Assembly: GCA_034007055.1 (NCBI GenBank)
Contig: JAVERP010000019.1
Location: forward strand, 398-64,397
From: Sphaerochaeta sp.
GTDB lineage: Bacteria > Spirochaetota > Spirochaetia > Sphaerochaetales > Sphaerochaetaceae
Reading direction: 5' to 3'
Length of the DNA: 64,000 nucleotides
Positions 46,024 to 54,922 of the stretch are shown here, piece by piece. The position numbers were made by a program, and so were the translations under genes. The notes under the pieces are model-generated. The model saw nothing but the letters and a program-made list of their open reading frames with translations. It made no database searches and had not been told where the DNA came from. Position 1 is the first letter of the stretch. Each line of letters begins with the position of its first letter.

Positions 46024-46081
46024 TTTAGCTATATATATTGTGCATGGGCATACACTGGTTGTTTTGAAGTAGTTGCAGCAT

Positions 46082-46138
46082 AAAAACAGAAACAAAGGAA
46101 CACCCCCTCTCTTGCTTCTCTGCAGGAGAGGGGGTGTT
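46082..46138 (-). terminator. Rho-independent terminator of the pspA-DUF4097 operon
   Basis: Perfect 13-bp stem AACACCCCCTCTC / GAGAGGGGGTGTT (46099..46111 and 46126..46138). On the minus strand it is followed by CCTTTGTTTCTGTTTTT. Confidence 0.8.
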
Positions 46139-46186
46139 ACTTCTATTGGTATTCTCTTTCTTAATTCTGTATTTTGTTAGCTTTGG

Positions 46187-47062
46187 CTAGAACCGAATGT
46201 CCAGATCCCCACTTACCGTCCCTAGCTTTACCACTGTGTTCTTTTTCCCTGTACTGGCAGAGGCAGGAGAGCCTTCCTGGCTCTGGCCATTGAAGCGGAT
46301 GGATCCACTTACCTTGGTAGCGCGAATATCCAGATCTTCTGTCCGGCTCAAATCAAGCTCCAGATCACCACTGGTGGAGGAACTTTCCAAGCTACCCCCT
46401 GAAAGGATGTATACTTGCCCTTCTATATCTCCACTAGTTGTGGAGAGCGAGATGTGTTTGCCTTCCAAGCTGTTTACCTCAAAATCACCACTGGTGGAAG
46501 CAAGGGATAACCGTTCATTACTCTTTGCTGAATATCCACTGATATCACCGCTGACCGTCTTGATGTAGAGATCCTCATTACCCGTAAGGTTAAGCACATC
46601 AACATCACCGCTGACGCTATTGATTTGGATTCTTCTTGCCTCAAAATCCTGCATGATGAGGATATCCCCACTGGTTGTCTTGATCTCAAGCTGTTCAACC
46701 AGGGCTTGGGGCAGGGTAACCACAAGTGGTGTGTTTTGGCTATTGAAGAAATTCAGAAAGCCTCTGGAAAGAGGAGCTACAACGATGTTCAGCTCTTTGC
46801 CGTTCTTTGCTACCTTCAGGCTGCTCTTATCGTTTTCTCCGATACTGATCAGAGCCTCTCGGGCTTTAGATTCTACCATTAGGACGACGTCAGTGCTGAT
46901 TGTGTTGATCCTCACCGAGTCTGAAGCTGAAAAGGAGTAGGTCTGTTCTGATCTATTCTCCTTGCCACGCTTCTGCCAGACAAAGTCCATGGAGAAGAGG
47001 ATGGCAAGGATGCTGATCAGGACAATAAGGAAAATCTTGTTGGCTTTGGAGTCCTTGAGCAT
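46187..47062 (-). CDS. DUF4097-family beta-repeat protein
   Basis: 291 aa from ATG 47062 (SD AAAGGAAG). N-terminal TM helix, then many (T/V)SGD(I/L/V) repeats typical of DUF4097, a family often found with PspC. Confidence 0.75.
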   Translation of the reverse strand: MLKDSKANKIFLIVLISILAILFSMDFVWQKRGKENRSEQTYSFSASDSVRINTISTDVVLMVESKAREALISIGENDKSSLKVAKNGKELNIVVAPLSRGFLNFFNSQNTPLVVTLPQALVEQLEIKTTSGDILIMQDFEARRIQINSVSGDVDVLNLTGNEDLYIKTVSGDISGYSAKSNERLSLASTSGDFEVNSLEGKHISLSTTSGDIEGQVYILSGGSLESSSTSGDLELDLSRTEDLDIRATKVSGSIRFNGQSQEGSPASASTGKKNTVVKLGTVSGDLDIRF

Positions 47063-47063
47063 A

Positions 47064-47429
47064 TTACTTCCTTTCGTGGAATCTGTCGTCCCAGTCACGT
47101 TCCTTATTGAACATATCGTTTTCCATCTTCTCGACCTTTTTCTTCAGGCGATCATACTCAGATTGCAGGTCCTCATCACTACTGCTCTCCTTCTTGGACT
47201 GGTAGTACTCGCCTTCAAAGGCTTGTGGGCCTGGGTTCATCGGGATGATGAGTGCTGCAACCAAGTAGATGAGTGCCCCTGGGAAGATTCCCGTTGAAAG
47301 CACGACCAAAAATATGATGAGTCGTACCATGTCCGGATTCAAGTCACGCCACTCGGCCAAACCTGTTGCTACTCCGAAGACTTTTCCTCGAGGTGATCTG
47401 TAAAGTTTTTTTGTTGCCATACCAATCAT
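47064..47429 (-). CDS. pspC: PspC-domain protein
   Basis: 121 aa. KKLYRSPRGKVFGVATGLAEWRDLNPDMVRLIIFL is a PspC domain. ATG overlaps the upstream stop (ATGA). Confidence 0.85.
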   Translation of the reverse strand: MIGMATKKLYRSPRGKVFGVATGLAEWRDLNPDMVRLIIFLVVLSTGIFPGALIYLVAALIIPMNPGPQAFEGEYYQSKKESSSDEDLQSEYDRLKKKVEKMENDMFNKERDWDDRFHERK

Positions 47430-47776
47430 TCCTTATATTCCTTCTCTTGTGCCTTGCGGCTCTGTATAATTGTCTCAATATTGTCCAAGCGCTGCTGAAG
47501 GTCGTCGATGCCTTTTTTCAACACTTCTCTCTGGGATTCCTTGCTATGCTCCGCCATCGGGGAGAATGCAAAGTCATCGTCATCATTCTTTGACCGTTTT
47601 CTCTTCTTATGCCGTGGGTTATAGCCGCTGTAGGTTCCAGGTGGATACCCGCTCTCCATTTCCCGCATTCTCAGGGCCGCATCCATCTTTCTTTTATTCA
47701 TCTTAAACTTCTCATCAAGCGTTGAGATTATGATAATAAAGGCAAAGATGACTATCAGTATAAATACCGCTTCCAT
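47426..47776 (-). CDS. Small membrane-anchored coiled-coil protein (PspB-like position in the operon)
   Basis: 116 aa. N-terminal TM helix, a basic linker, and C-terminal IDDLQQRLDNIETII reminiscent of the PspB C-terminus. Function uncertain. Confidence 0.55.
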   Translation of the reverse strand: MEAVFILIVIFAFIIIISTLDEKFKMNKRKMDAALRMREMESGYPPGTYSGYNPRHKKRKRSKNDDDDFAFSPMAEHSKESQREVLKKGIDDLQQRLDNIETIIQSRKAQEKEYKE

Positions 47777-47795
47777 TCAATAACTCCCTTTTCTA

Positions 47796-48452
47796 TCAGA
47801 GTCCAGCGCGCTTGCGAAGCTCTGCTATTTCAGCATCGATATCATCCATCTCTTCCAAGTCCTTGAACTTATCATCCAGCGAGCTGGATTCATACTTGTT
47901 CAGGTCGTTGTTTGCCTTCATGCGGTCGATCTTTTCTTCCATGCTCGAAAAACGGTCATGTGTTGCCGATTCAGCGGCACGCCTCAAGGTTTCCTGGGCA
48001 GCCTGCTCCTCGCGAGCACGTTTTCCACGCTCTACCATCATCTGATATTTCTGCTTGACTGTCACCAGCTTGTCCTCGATCTGATTGATCTCGTCCTTGC
48101 TGACCTTGATAGTCTCGTCGGCAACCTTAAGGTCAGAGGCAAGCTGCGTCATGGAATCGAGAGACTTCTTCTTCTCAAGCAAAGCTTCCCTTGCCAGATC
48201 TTCACGGCCCTTGCTTATCGCAAGCTCTGCTCTGCTCTGCCAACGAATGACGGCACTCTCCTGTTCCTTATAGAGACGCTCAGTCTTTGCCCGGCCAGCC
48301 ATCTTGGCGGCACAGGAGCTCTTGAGCTCGATCAGTGTATCTTCCATTTCCTGCATCATCAGCTTGATCATCTTCTCAGGATCTTCAGCCTTGTCGAGAA
48401 GTGAGTTGATGTTTGCATTCACAATATCCAAGAATCTTGAAAAAACTCCCAT
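47796..48452 (-). CDS. pspA: Phage shock protein A (PspA/IM30 family), copy 1
   Basis: 218 aa from ATG 48452 (SD AAGGAG). MGVFSRFLDIVNANINSLLDKAEDPEKMIKLMMQEMEDTL is a canonical PspA N-terminus. Confidence 0.92.
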   Translation of the reverse strand: MGVFSRFLDIVNANINSLLDKAEDPEKMIKLMMQEMEDTLIELKSSCAAKMAGRAKTERLYKEQESAVIRWQSRAELAISKGREDLAREALLEKKKSLDSMTQLASDLKVADETIKVSKDEINQIEDKLVTVKQKYQMMVERGKRAREEQAAQETLRRAAESATHDRFSSMEEKIDRMKANNDLNKYESSSLDDKFKDLEEMDDIDAEIAELRKRAGL

Positions 48453-48505
48453 AGTATTCTCCTTGGGCAGTACAGCGGTACCACCTGTTTGTCTATAAAA
48501 TAATA

Positions 48506-48521
48506 TGCACAAAGCATGCCA
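48506..48521 (-). promoter_or_regulatory. Sigma-54 promoter of pspA copy 1
   Basis: Minus strand reads TGGCATGCTTTGTGCA with GG/GC at consensus spacing. The predicted start is ~43 nt upstream of the pspA ATG. Confidence 0.7.
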
Positions 48522-48615
48522 ACTATCAAATCCAAAGATAAAAGTCTGTAAACCCTTTCAATAGGTAGCCTAGACGACTCTTACTTCCCTCTTCAATGCT
48601 AGTGTGGTATCGTAG

Positions 48616-48652
48616 GGTTGGTGAAACCAACCAACAATGGTGTATTTTACCA
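48616..48652. promoter_or_regulatory. Candidate PspF upstream activating sites (two TGGT...ACCA palindromes)
   Basis: GGTTGGT-gaa-ACCAACC (48616..48632) and TGGTGTATTTTACCA (48638..48652), 95-130 bp upstream of the pspA -24 element and just before the pspF start. TGGT-N7-ACCA recurs upstream of pspA copy 2. Confidence 0.4.
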
Positions 48653-48666
48653 TAAAGGGAGAGACG

Positions 48667-49656
48667 ATGGAATCCAGCCAGGTAGGGTACAGCCAGCAGC
48701 TTCTTGGGGAAAGTGAAGTTTTTCTCGACTTCCAGCGCCAGCTCAGTCGGGCGGCTAAGGTCAATCGGTCAGTGTTGCTGGTGGGAGAGAGGGGAAGTGG
48801 TAAGGAAGGCGCTGCACGCAGGCTTCACTTCCTCTCCTCCCGATGGCAACAAGCCCTGGTTACCGTCAACTGTGCAGCCCTTCCTCCCTCCCTTATTGAA
48901 ACCGAACTGTTCGGTTATGAGCAAGGTGCCTTCACCGGAGCACAAAAGACAAGGAAAGGGCGGTTCGAAGAGGCTGAGGGAGGAACCCTCTTCCTTGATG
49001 AGATAGGCCTCATCCCCCTGGAAGTCCAGGAGAAAATCCTCAGGGTAGTGGAGTACGGCACCTTTGAGCGGGTAGGCTCTTCTGTTACCCATGAAGTTGA
49101 TGCCAGGATCATCGGAGCCACCAATAATGACCTTCCCCAGCTCTGCAAGGAGGGCAAGTTCAAGGAGGACCTCTTGGACAGGCTCTCCTTTGAAGTGCTC
49201 TTCCTCCCCCCGTTACGAGAACGAGCAGAGGACATCATGCTTCTTACCAATTACTTCAGTTCGAAGATGGCTCTGGAGTGTGGAAAAAGTGAGATGCCAC
49301 GATTCAGCAAAGAGGTCGTGGCAAGTCTCATGGCATACAGCTGGCCAGGAAATGTGCGGGAACTGAAGAATGTGGTGGAAAGGGCAGTCTATCGCAGCGA
49401 CACCACAATCATAGAAGAGGTGCAGTTTGATCCTTTTGCCAATCCTTATGCAGATCCGAAACAAGAAGAACCTACAATTCCTGACATGGAGCTCGACCTC
49501 TCCCAGTATGAACGGGCACGTGAAGAGCTAGAGCTTTCCTACCTCAAGGGTTCCATCAAAAAGAGCGATGGCAACCAGAAGGAAGCGGCAAAGTTGCTCA
49601 ACCTTACCTATGACCAGTTCAGGGGCCTGTACCGTAAATATAAGGACAAGTTGTAA
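48667..49656 (+). CDS. pspF: Sigma-54-dependent transcriptional activator PspF (no receiver domain)
   Basis: 329 aa from ATG 48667. Walker A GERGSGKE, the GAFTGA sigma-54 contact loop (EQGAFTGAQK) and a C-terminal Fis-type HTH (EAAKLLNLTYDQFRGLYRKY). Divergent from pspA. Confidence 0.9.
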   Translation: MESSQVGYSQQLLGESEVFLDFQRQLSRAAKVNRSVLLVGERGSGKEGAARRLHFLSSRWQQALVTVNCAALPPSLIETELFGYEQGAFTGAQKTRKGRFEEAEGGTLFLDEIGLIPLEVQEKILRVVEYGTFERVGSSVTHEVDARIIGATNNDLPQLCKEGKFKEDLLDRLSFEVLFLPPLRERAEDIMLLTNYFSSKMALECGKSEMPRFSKEVVASLMAYSWPGNVRELKNVVERAVYRSDTTIIEEVQFDPFANPYADPKQEEPTIPDMELDLSQYERAREELELSYLKGSIKKSDGNQKEAAKLLNLTYDQFRGLYRKYKDKL

Positions 49657-50068
49657 GAAAAAGAGCATGCACTCTGATCTTGGTGCTTCATATCAAAAAA
49701 AGTATAAACCGCATGCAAGTCCATATGTTGACGGTAGGTATTGGTCATTTGAGAAAAGTTAACCGGACAGTAGGATCCCTGGTGGGCAGTCCGGTCATCC
49801 GTTTGTCCCAAATAGCATATAGTTTTTGGGACAGTGATGGAACACTAACAATAGATCTATTTCACCACTTGGCACTGCATCAATTCACGTCTCTGCTCTA
49901 CATTCCTATAAGCCATCTCTTTTCCGTAACACATACTTAATCTTCAAACACTATTTTTGCTCCCGATCTTATATTGCCTGAAGATTGTGCTTTTTGGCCT
50001 TGAGTGGTGTTTTCATTTCTTGTCTCTTGGAATCGATTGCACGTAATGAAAAAATAAAAATATTTTTC

Positions 50069-50127
50069 TTGACAAATGGAAAAACCCGTTCTATGGTTAA
50101 TATAACGTTATAGTAAAACGTTAAACT
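50069..50127 (+). promoter_or_regulatory. Sigma-70 promoter (TTGACA-17-TATGGT) and LacI-type operator upstream of the repressor gene
   Basis: TTGACA at 50069..50074 and TATGGT at 50092..50097. Palindrome TATAACGTTATA at 50101..50112. AGTAAAACGTTAAACT at 50112..50127 is related to the perfect operator at 51191. Confidence 0.5.
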
Positions 50128-50144
50128 ACGGAGTATGGGGTCAT

Positions 50145-51176
50145 ATGAAGGTTACCATTAAGGACATTGCAAGATTATGCGACGTATCGGTGACAACCGT
50201 CTCAAGGGTTATTAATCACAAGACGGATAATATTGGTGCGAAGACTGTAGAGCGCATAGAGAAGAAAATCGCTGAGCTCGGCTATACCCCAAGCAATGTT
50301 GCTCGAAGCATGATCACTGGCAGATCCCACACTGTTGGATTAATAATCCCCGATGTGCGAAACCCCTTTTTTTCCGAGCTGGCCCGTGGTGTAGAAGATT
50401 ACATGAACGAGCATCAATACGGAGTGTTCCTGTGTAATACCGACAGCTCGTTGGAAAAGGAGAAGCAATATATCGATTTGCTTAAGGGAAGGGTTTCAGA
50501 CGGAATGCTGTTTACGACCCAGAATAGATTTGAATTTTCCCACTATTTCCATGAGCTTATTCAAAACGAATATCCCATCGTTCTCATTGAACGGTACTTG
50601 GAAGGAGTGGATACATTCCCTGGAGTATATTTTGATAATCGTGGTGGTGCAAAAAAGATATGTGATTTTATAATCAGTAAAGGACATAAAAATATTGCAT
50701 GTATCACCGGACCACTTGAGACAACAAATGCCAAGATGCGACTTGATGGATACCTGGATGCATTGAAAGAAGCGGCAATCCCTTACGATGAATCTTTGGT
50801 CATACACGGTACTTACCGCTATCAAAGTGGCTATGATTGCATGAAGACACTCTTGGAGCAGAATGAGAGGCGAGGGGAAGACAAAAAGATAACTGCGATC
50901 TTTGCCAGTAATGACATGATGGCATATGGGGCCTATAAGGTCCTGGAAGAAGCTGGTCTAGTGGTTCCACGCGATATCTCCATCGCTGGCTTCGATAACA
51001 TTAAGTTCCCTGACATCTTCAAACCCAAGCTTACCACAGTAGAATTGCCAGCTTATGATATGGGGAAAAGAGCTGCTGAAATGCTCATTAGGCTAATGCG
51101 TAAGGAGGAACTTGAGGAGGTGACGTATGAGTACCCTCTTGAGGTTGTGGATAAGGGAAGTGTTGGAAGAGTCTGA
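50145..51176 (+). CDS. LacI-family transcriptional repressor (ribose operon)
   Basis: 343 aa. MKVTIKDIARLCDVSVTTVSRVINH is a LacI HTH. Sugar-binding core. Located upstream of the rbs genes. Confidence 0.9.
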   Translation: MKVTIKDIARLCDVSVTTVSRVINHKTDNIGAKTVERIEKKIAELGYTPSNVARSMITGRSHTVGLIIPDVRNPFFSELARGVEDYMNEHQYGVFLCNTDSSLEKEKQYIDLLKGRVSDGMLFTTQNRFEFSHYFHELIQNEYPIVLIERYLEGVDTFPGVYFDNRGGAKKICDFIISKGHKNIACITGPLETTNAKMRLDGYLDALKEAAIPYDESLVIHGTYRYQSGYDCMKTLLEQNERRGEDKKITAIFASNDMMAYGAYKVLEEAGLVVPRDISIAGFDNIKFPDIFKPKLTTVELPAYDMGKRAAEMLIRLMRKEELEEVTYEYPLEVVDKGSVGRV

Positions 51177-51190
51177 TTTTTTAGGTATTT

Positions 51191-51206
51191 AGTAAAACGT
51201 TTTACT
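51191..51206. promoter_or_regulatory. Perfect 16-bp palindromic LacI-type operator
   Basis: AGTAAAACGTTTTACT, centred on CG as in LacI/PurR-family operators. An overlapping second near-copy ACTAAACGTTAAACT follows. About 40 nt upstream of the permease gene. Confidence 0.65.
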
Positions 51207-51244
51207 AAACGTTAAACTTTGAATTTTTTACACCTGGAGTCAAT

Positions 51245-52222
51245 ATGTTAGAAAAAGTAAAGAAGAGGATTGGTTTTGGTTCAAGTGTACGTGAAATAGG
51301 TGTGCTGGGGGCACTTCTTCTGTTAATCCTGTTTTTCTCGATCACCAGTCCGTACTTCTTAAAGATTAACAATCTATTGAACATCGTCCGCCAGATTTCC
51401 TTGATGGGGATTATTGCCATGGGGATGACCATGATCATCGTCAGTGGAGAAATTGATCTTTCAGTCGGGGCTATCTATGGAGCATCGGCAATTGTGGCTG
51501 GAATGGTTCTCACCAATGGTGGTTCTGTTCTCCTTGCGATACTTGTAGCGCTTCTTGTAGGAGCTTTTTTTGGATTGATGAATGGAGTATTGAGCACCTA
51601 CGGGCGAATTCCTGCCTTGATAGTCACATTGGGGATGATGAATATTGCTAGAGGTGTTGCCCTTGTTATCTGTGGAGCACGTGTTATTTCTCTCTCCCCT
51701 CGGACAGTGGACGCTGCTGGGCTCGATTTCTTCCTTTTTCTAGGACAGGGGAAGGTATTTAACATACCCATCATCAGCATCATCTTTATCATTACAGTAA
51801 TACTATCGAACTTCCTGTATAAGCATACCATTATCGGTTTCAGAATGAGGGCAGTCGGAGGCAATAGCTCTGCAGCAAAGGCCGCTGGATTGAATCGTAA
51901 CCTGATAAAGATTTTTGCATTCACCATTACAGGTGTCTTCTGCGCCATTGGCGGCATATTAAACCTCTCCTTCCTCGCAAACGTCCAGGGAACAACCGGT
52001 AACGGTTTGGAGCTTGATGTAATAGCTGCTGTCATCATCGGAGGAACCAGTCTCAATGGTGGAGAAGGGACTATTATAGGCACCCTCATTGGTGTGCTTA
52101 TCATGGGAGTATTGAAAAATGGCATTATCCTCCTTGGTGTCTCTCCGTTTTTCCAGATGCTCATCATTGGATTGGTGATTATAGGCGCAGTGGCTATCGA
52201 TATGTGGTCAAGAAAGTCATGA
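51245..52222 (+). CDS. rbsC: Sugar (ribose-type) ABC transporter permease
   Basis: 325 aa with about 10 TM helices. RbsC/AraH-type blocks (GEIDLSVGAIYG, GGTSLNGGEGT). Confidence 0.85.
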   Translation: MLEKVKKRIGFGSSVREIGVLGALLLLILFFSITSPYFLKINNLLNIVRQISLMGIIAMGMTMIIVSGEIDLSVGAIYGASAIVAGMVLTNGGSVLLAILVALLVGAFFGLMNGVLSTYGRIPALIVTLGMMNIARGVALVICGARVISLSPRTVDAAGLDFFLFLGQGKVFNIPIISIIFIITVILSNFLYKHTIIGFRMRAVGGNSSAAKAAGLNRNLIKIFAFTITGVFCAIGGILNLSFLANVQGTTGNGLELDVIAAVIIGGTSLNGGEGTIIGTLIGVLIMGVLKNGIILLGVSPFFQMLIIGLVIIGAVAIDMWSRKS

Positions 52223-52245
52223 CCGGTTCCAAAGGAGGAATACCA

Positions 52246-53766
52246 ATGGAAGCTATCATCAAATTTGAGAATATAAGCAAAATCTTTCCAGGGGTAAGAG
52301 CCCTTTCTGAAGTCTCTTTCAATATCGAAAGGGGAGAAATTCATGCGATTGTTGGTGAGAACGGTGCAGGAAAATCCACTTTGATAAATGTCTTGGGGGG
52401 GTTGTACACCCCTACTGATGGAAAACTCATCTTCGAGGGGAAAGAAATCACTGTCTTCAACGAACAGGCGGCTCTGCAACTTGGTATCGGGGTTGTGTAC
52501 CAAGAGATGAAACTTTGTCCGAATCTCTCGATTGTCGAAAATGTTTTTCTTGGTCGAGAGATCAGGGGAAAACACCGAAAGCTCGATTGGTCAACCATGC
52601 GGGAAGCATGTCAGCAGGTTTTGGACTCCTTAGGTCTGTATGTCCCTGCTGATACTGAGGTCAAGCGTCTTTCGATCGCTGAACAGCAGATTGTCGAAAT
52701 AGCTAAATCAATCTCTCGTGACATTAAAGTGCTGGTCCTCGATGAACCAACTTCAGCCTTGACCATGACTGAATCGCTTAAATTGTTTGAGAACATTGCA
52801 TCGTTGCAGAAGCGGGGAGTCACCATCATCTATATCTCCCATCGGTTGGAAGAGATCATTGAGTTGAGCGACAGAGTCTCCGTGCTACGCGATGGCACGT
52901 ATAAGGGCACCTTCAATATTGGAGATGTCGATATTGATAAACTTGTTAAGTTGATAGCGGGAGAGAAACTCTATAACGAGCTTGAACATAAGAACACTGC
53001 AGATAAGAAACAGTTTTCCGATGAGGACATCTATTTTGAAGTTGAACGTCTGAGTAGTGAAGATGGAACAGTGAAAGATGTGAGCTTCAATCTCAAGCGA
53101 GGAGAGATTCTCGGATTCTATGGGGTGCAGGGTGCAGGTAGAACAGAATTGCTCGAAACCATCTTTGGCCTGCGAAAGAGAAAGAGCGGTTCGATACGAC
53201 TTAATGGAAAAGAGCTTGATAACAAAAGTCCCATACAGGCCATAAACAATGGGTTTGCCATGGTTCCAGAAGATAGGCGGATTGCTGGCTTGTTTCCTCA
53301 AATGAATATCATGGAGAACATCAACACCTCAAATGCGAAGGATGTTGTTAAGCTTGGCGCCTTGATGGACAAGCGAGCGATGAAAACCATTTCAGAGGAC
53401 CTGCGAAAAAAGATTGGGATAAAGACCCGAGATATCTATCAGAACATCATGCAACTCAGTGGAGGAAATCAGCAGAAGGTCATCATTGGAAGATGGTTAG
53501 CATCAGGTCCTAAGGTTTTCCTTGTGGATGAGTTGACCCGCGGAGTTGACGTCGGGGCAAAATCAGAAATTTTTTCTGTTTTGCGCATGCTTCAAGAGGA
53601 GGGACTCGGTATCATCCTTGTCTCTTCAGAAATCCAGGAAGTCATCGCCGAAGCTGATCGTGTGCTTGTTATGAAGGATGGACGGATCGTTAAAGAGTTG
53701 ACAGGTGAGCATATAAATAAAGATGAAATAGTCTCGAATGCACTAATTGGGAAACATGTTGGGTGA
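52246..53766 (+). CDS. rbsA: Sugar (ribose-type) ABC transporter ATP-binding protein (duplicated ATPase)
   Basis: 506 aa from ATG 52246 (SD AAAGGAGGA). Two nucleotide-binding halves (GENGAGKST; LSGGNQQK). Confidence 0.88.
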   Translation: MEAIIKFENISKIFPGVRALSEVSFNIERGEIHAIVGENGAGKSTLINVLGGLYTPTDGKLIFEGKEITVFNEQAALQLGIGVVYQEMKLCPNLSIVENVFLGREIRGKHRKLDWSTMREACQQVLDSLGLYVPADTEVKRLSIAEQQIVEIAKSISRDIKVLVLDEPTSALTMTESLKLFENIASLQKRGVTIIYISHRLEEIIELSDRVSVLRDGTYKGTFNIGDVDIDKLVKLIAGEKLYNELEHKNTADKKQFSDEDIYFEVERLSSEDGTVKDVSFNLKRGEILGFYGVQGAGRTELLETIFGLRKRKSGSIRLNGKELDNKSPIQAINNGFAMVPEDRRIAGLFPQMNIMENINTSNAKDVVKLGALMDKRAMKTISEDLRKKIGIKTRDIYQNIMQLSGGNQQKVIIGRWLASGPKVFLVDELTRGVDVGAKSEIFSVLRMLQEEGLGIILVSSEIQEVIAEADRVLVMKDGRIVKELTGEHINKDEIVSNALIGKHVG

Positions 53767-53855
53767 AATCCGACATGATGGACCCTACAAACCGTGTAAT
53801 GCCGAGGAGCAGAAACTCCCGGTAAAAAAACAATATTTTCCATAAGGAGGAACGT

Positions 53856-54827
53856 ATGAAAAAAAGAGTAGTCGTAATGTTCTTGTTACTTGCAATGGTG
53901 GCTATGACCATCAGTGCTCAGGGCAGCAAAGAGAAGTCAGCAAAAGATGCTGATGCTTTGACAATCACAGTCGTGTACCACGACACCGGAATTGAATTTG
54001 GTCAGATTATTAAGGCCGGAGCGCTTGCCGCAGGAAAAGAGTTCGGTGTTAAGGTGAATTGGGTCGGTCCTATTGGCATCGATGTAAACGAACAGGTGAA
54101 CTTCATCGAGAACGCAATTACAACCAAGGTTGATGGACTTGCCATCTCAAACGTAAATGCCGAAGCCCTTAACCCAATTATTGACAAGGCTATTGATGCT
54201 GGAATTCCAACTGTCACCTTCAACAGCGAGGCTGCCGGTTCGAAACGTCTGGCATTCTATGGCCAGAATCTGGTGGAATCAGGATATATCCAAGGAAAGA
54301 TTCTCGCCGAATTCATGGGCACTACTGGAAAAGTCATAATTACCTCAGGTGAAGCTTCTGCCTCTTGGTCCCAAGACCGCGAAGCCGGTGTTCGTAAAGC
54401 ACTTGCAGAGTATCCAGGGATCAAGGTGGTACAGGTCTTGAGCACCGGTTGGGAAGAACAGCAGATGTATGCTGCAATCGAGAATGCACTATTAGCTAAT
54501 CCTGATCTTACCGGTATTGCTTCTTTAGGTGCTCCTACAAGCATGGCTGTTGGAAGAGCTCTCCTGCGGACAGGAAAGAGTAATTCTGTTGTGCACGTTG
54601 GACATGACCTCATGCCTGAGACATTGGATAATGTCAAAGCTGGGGCTACCAAGGCAACATTAAGTCAGAATCCGTACATGCAGGGATACCTTCCTGTGAA
54701 GAATCTCTTTTTGCACATCACAGAAGGGAGGGCTATTGAGAGCGAAGATACTGGTATTGTCCGAGTTGATGCGACCAATGTCGATGAGTATCTGAGGAAG
54801 CTGGAGGCTGGTGAGCCTATCGGTTGA
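53856..54827 (+). CDS. rbsB: Sugar (ribose-type) ABC transporter substrate-binding protein
   Basis: 323 aa. Signal peptide MKKRVVVMFLLLAMVAMTISAQG. Type I periplasmic-binding fold. SD AAGGAGGA. Confidence 0.85.
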   Translation: MKKRVVVMFLLLAMVAMTISAQGSKEKSAKDADALTITVVYHDTGIEFGQIIKAGALAAGKEFGVKVNWVGPIGIDVNEQVNFIENAITTKVDGLAISNVNAEALNPIIDKAIDAGIPTVTFNSEAAGSKRLAFYGQNLVESGYIQGKILAEFMGTTGKVIITSGEASASWSQDREAGVRKALAEYPGIKVVQVLSTGWEEQQMYAAIENALLANPDLTGIASLGAPTSMAVGRALLRTGKSNSVVHVGHDLMPETLDNVKAGATKATLSQNPYMQGYLPVKNLFLHITEGRAIESEDTGIVRVDATNVDEYLRKLEAGEPIG

Positions 54828-54866
54828 TGCTGCTCAAGGGCACTTCATGGAGTGTCATCATAGTTA

Positions 54867-54896
54867 AGATGCCTGACCGGTGACGGTTAGGCATCT
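54867..54896 (+). other. Intercistronic stem-loop after the substrate-binding-protein gene
   Basis: AGATGCCTGACC-ggtgac-GGTTAGGCATCT (12-bp stem with one mismatch). No T tract. Position (after the SBP gene) is typical of mRNA-stabilising or partial-terminator hairpins. Confidence 0.4.
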
Positions 54897-54922
54897 ATAT
54901 AAATTTAATTTGGAAAGTAAAC

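Noticed and set aside
49762-49833. Two adjacent stem-loops (ACCGGAC...GTCCGGT and TGTCCCAAA...TTTGGGACA) in the 490-bp gap between pspF and the LacI gene.
   Set aside because: There is no flanking promoter or T tract and no recognisable RNA family, so they could be chance structures. The long gap is noted, but no feature is called.
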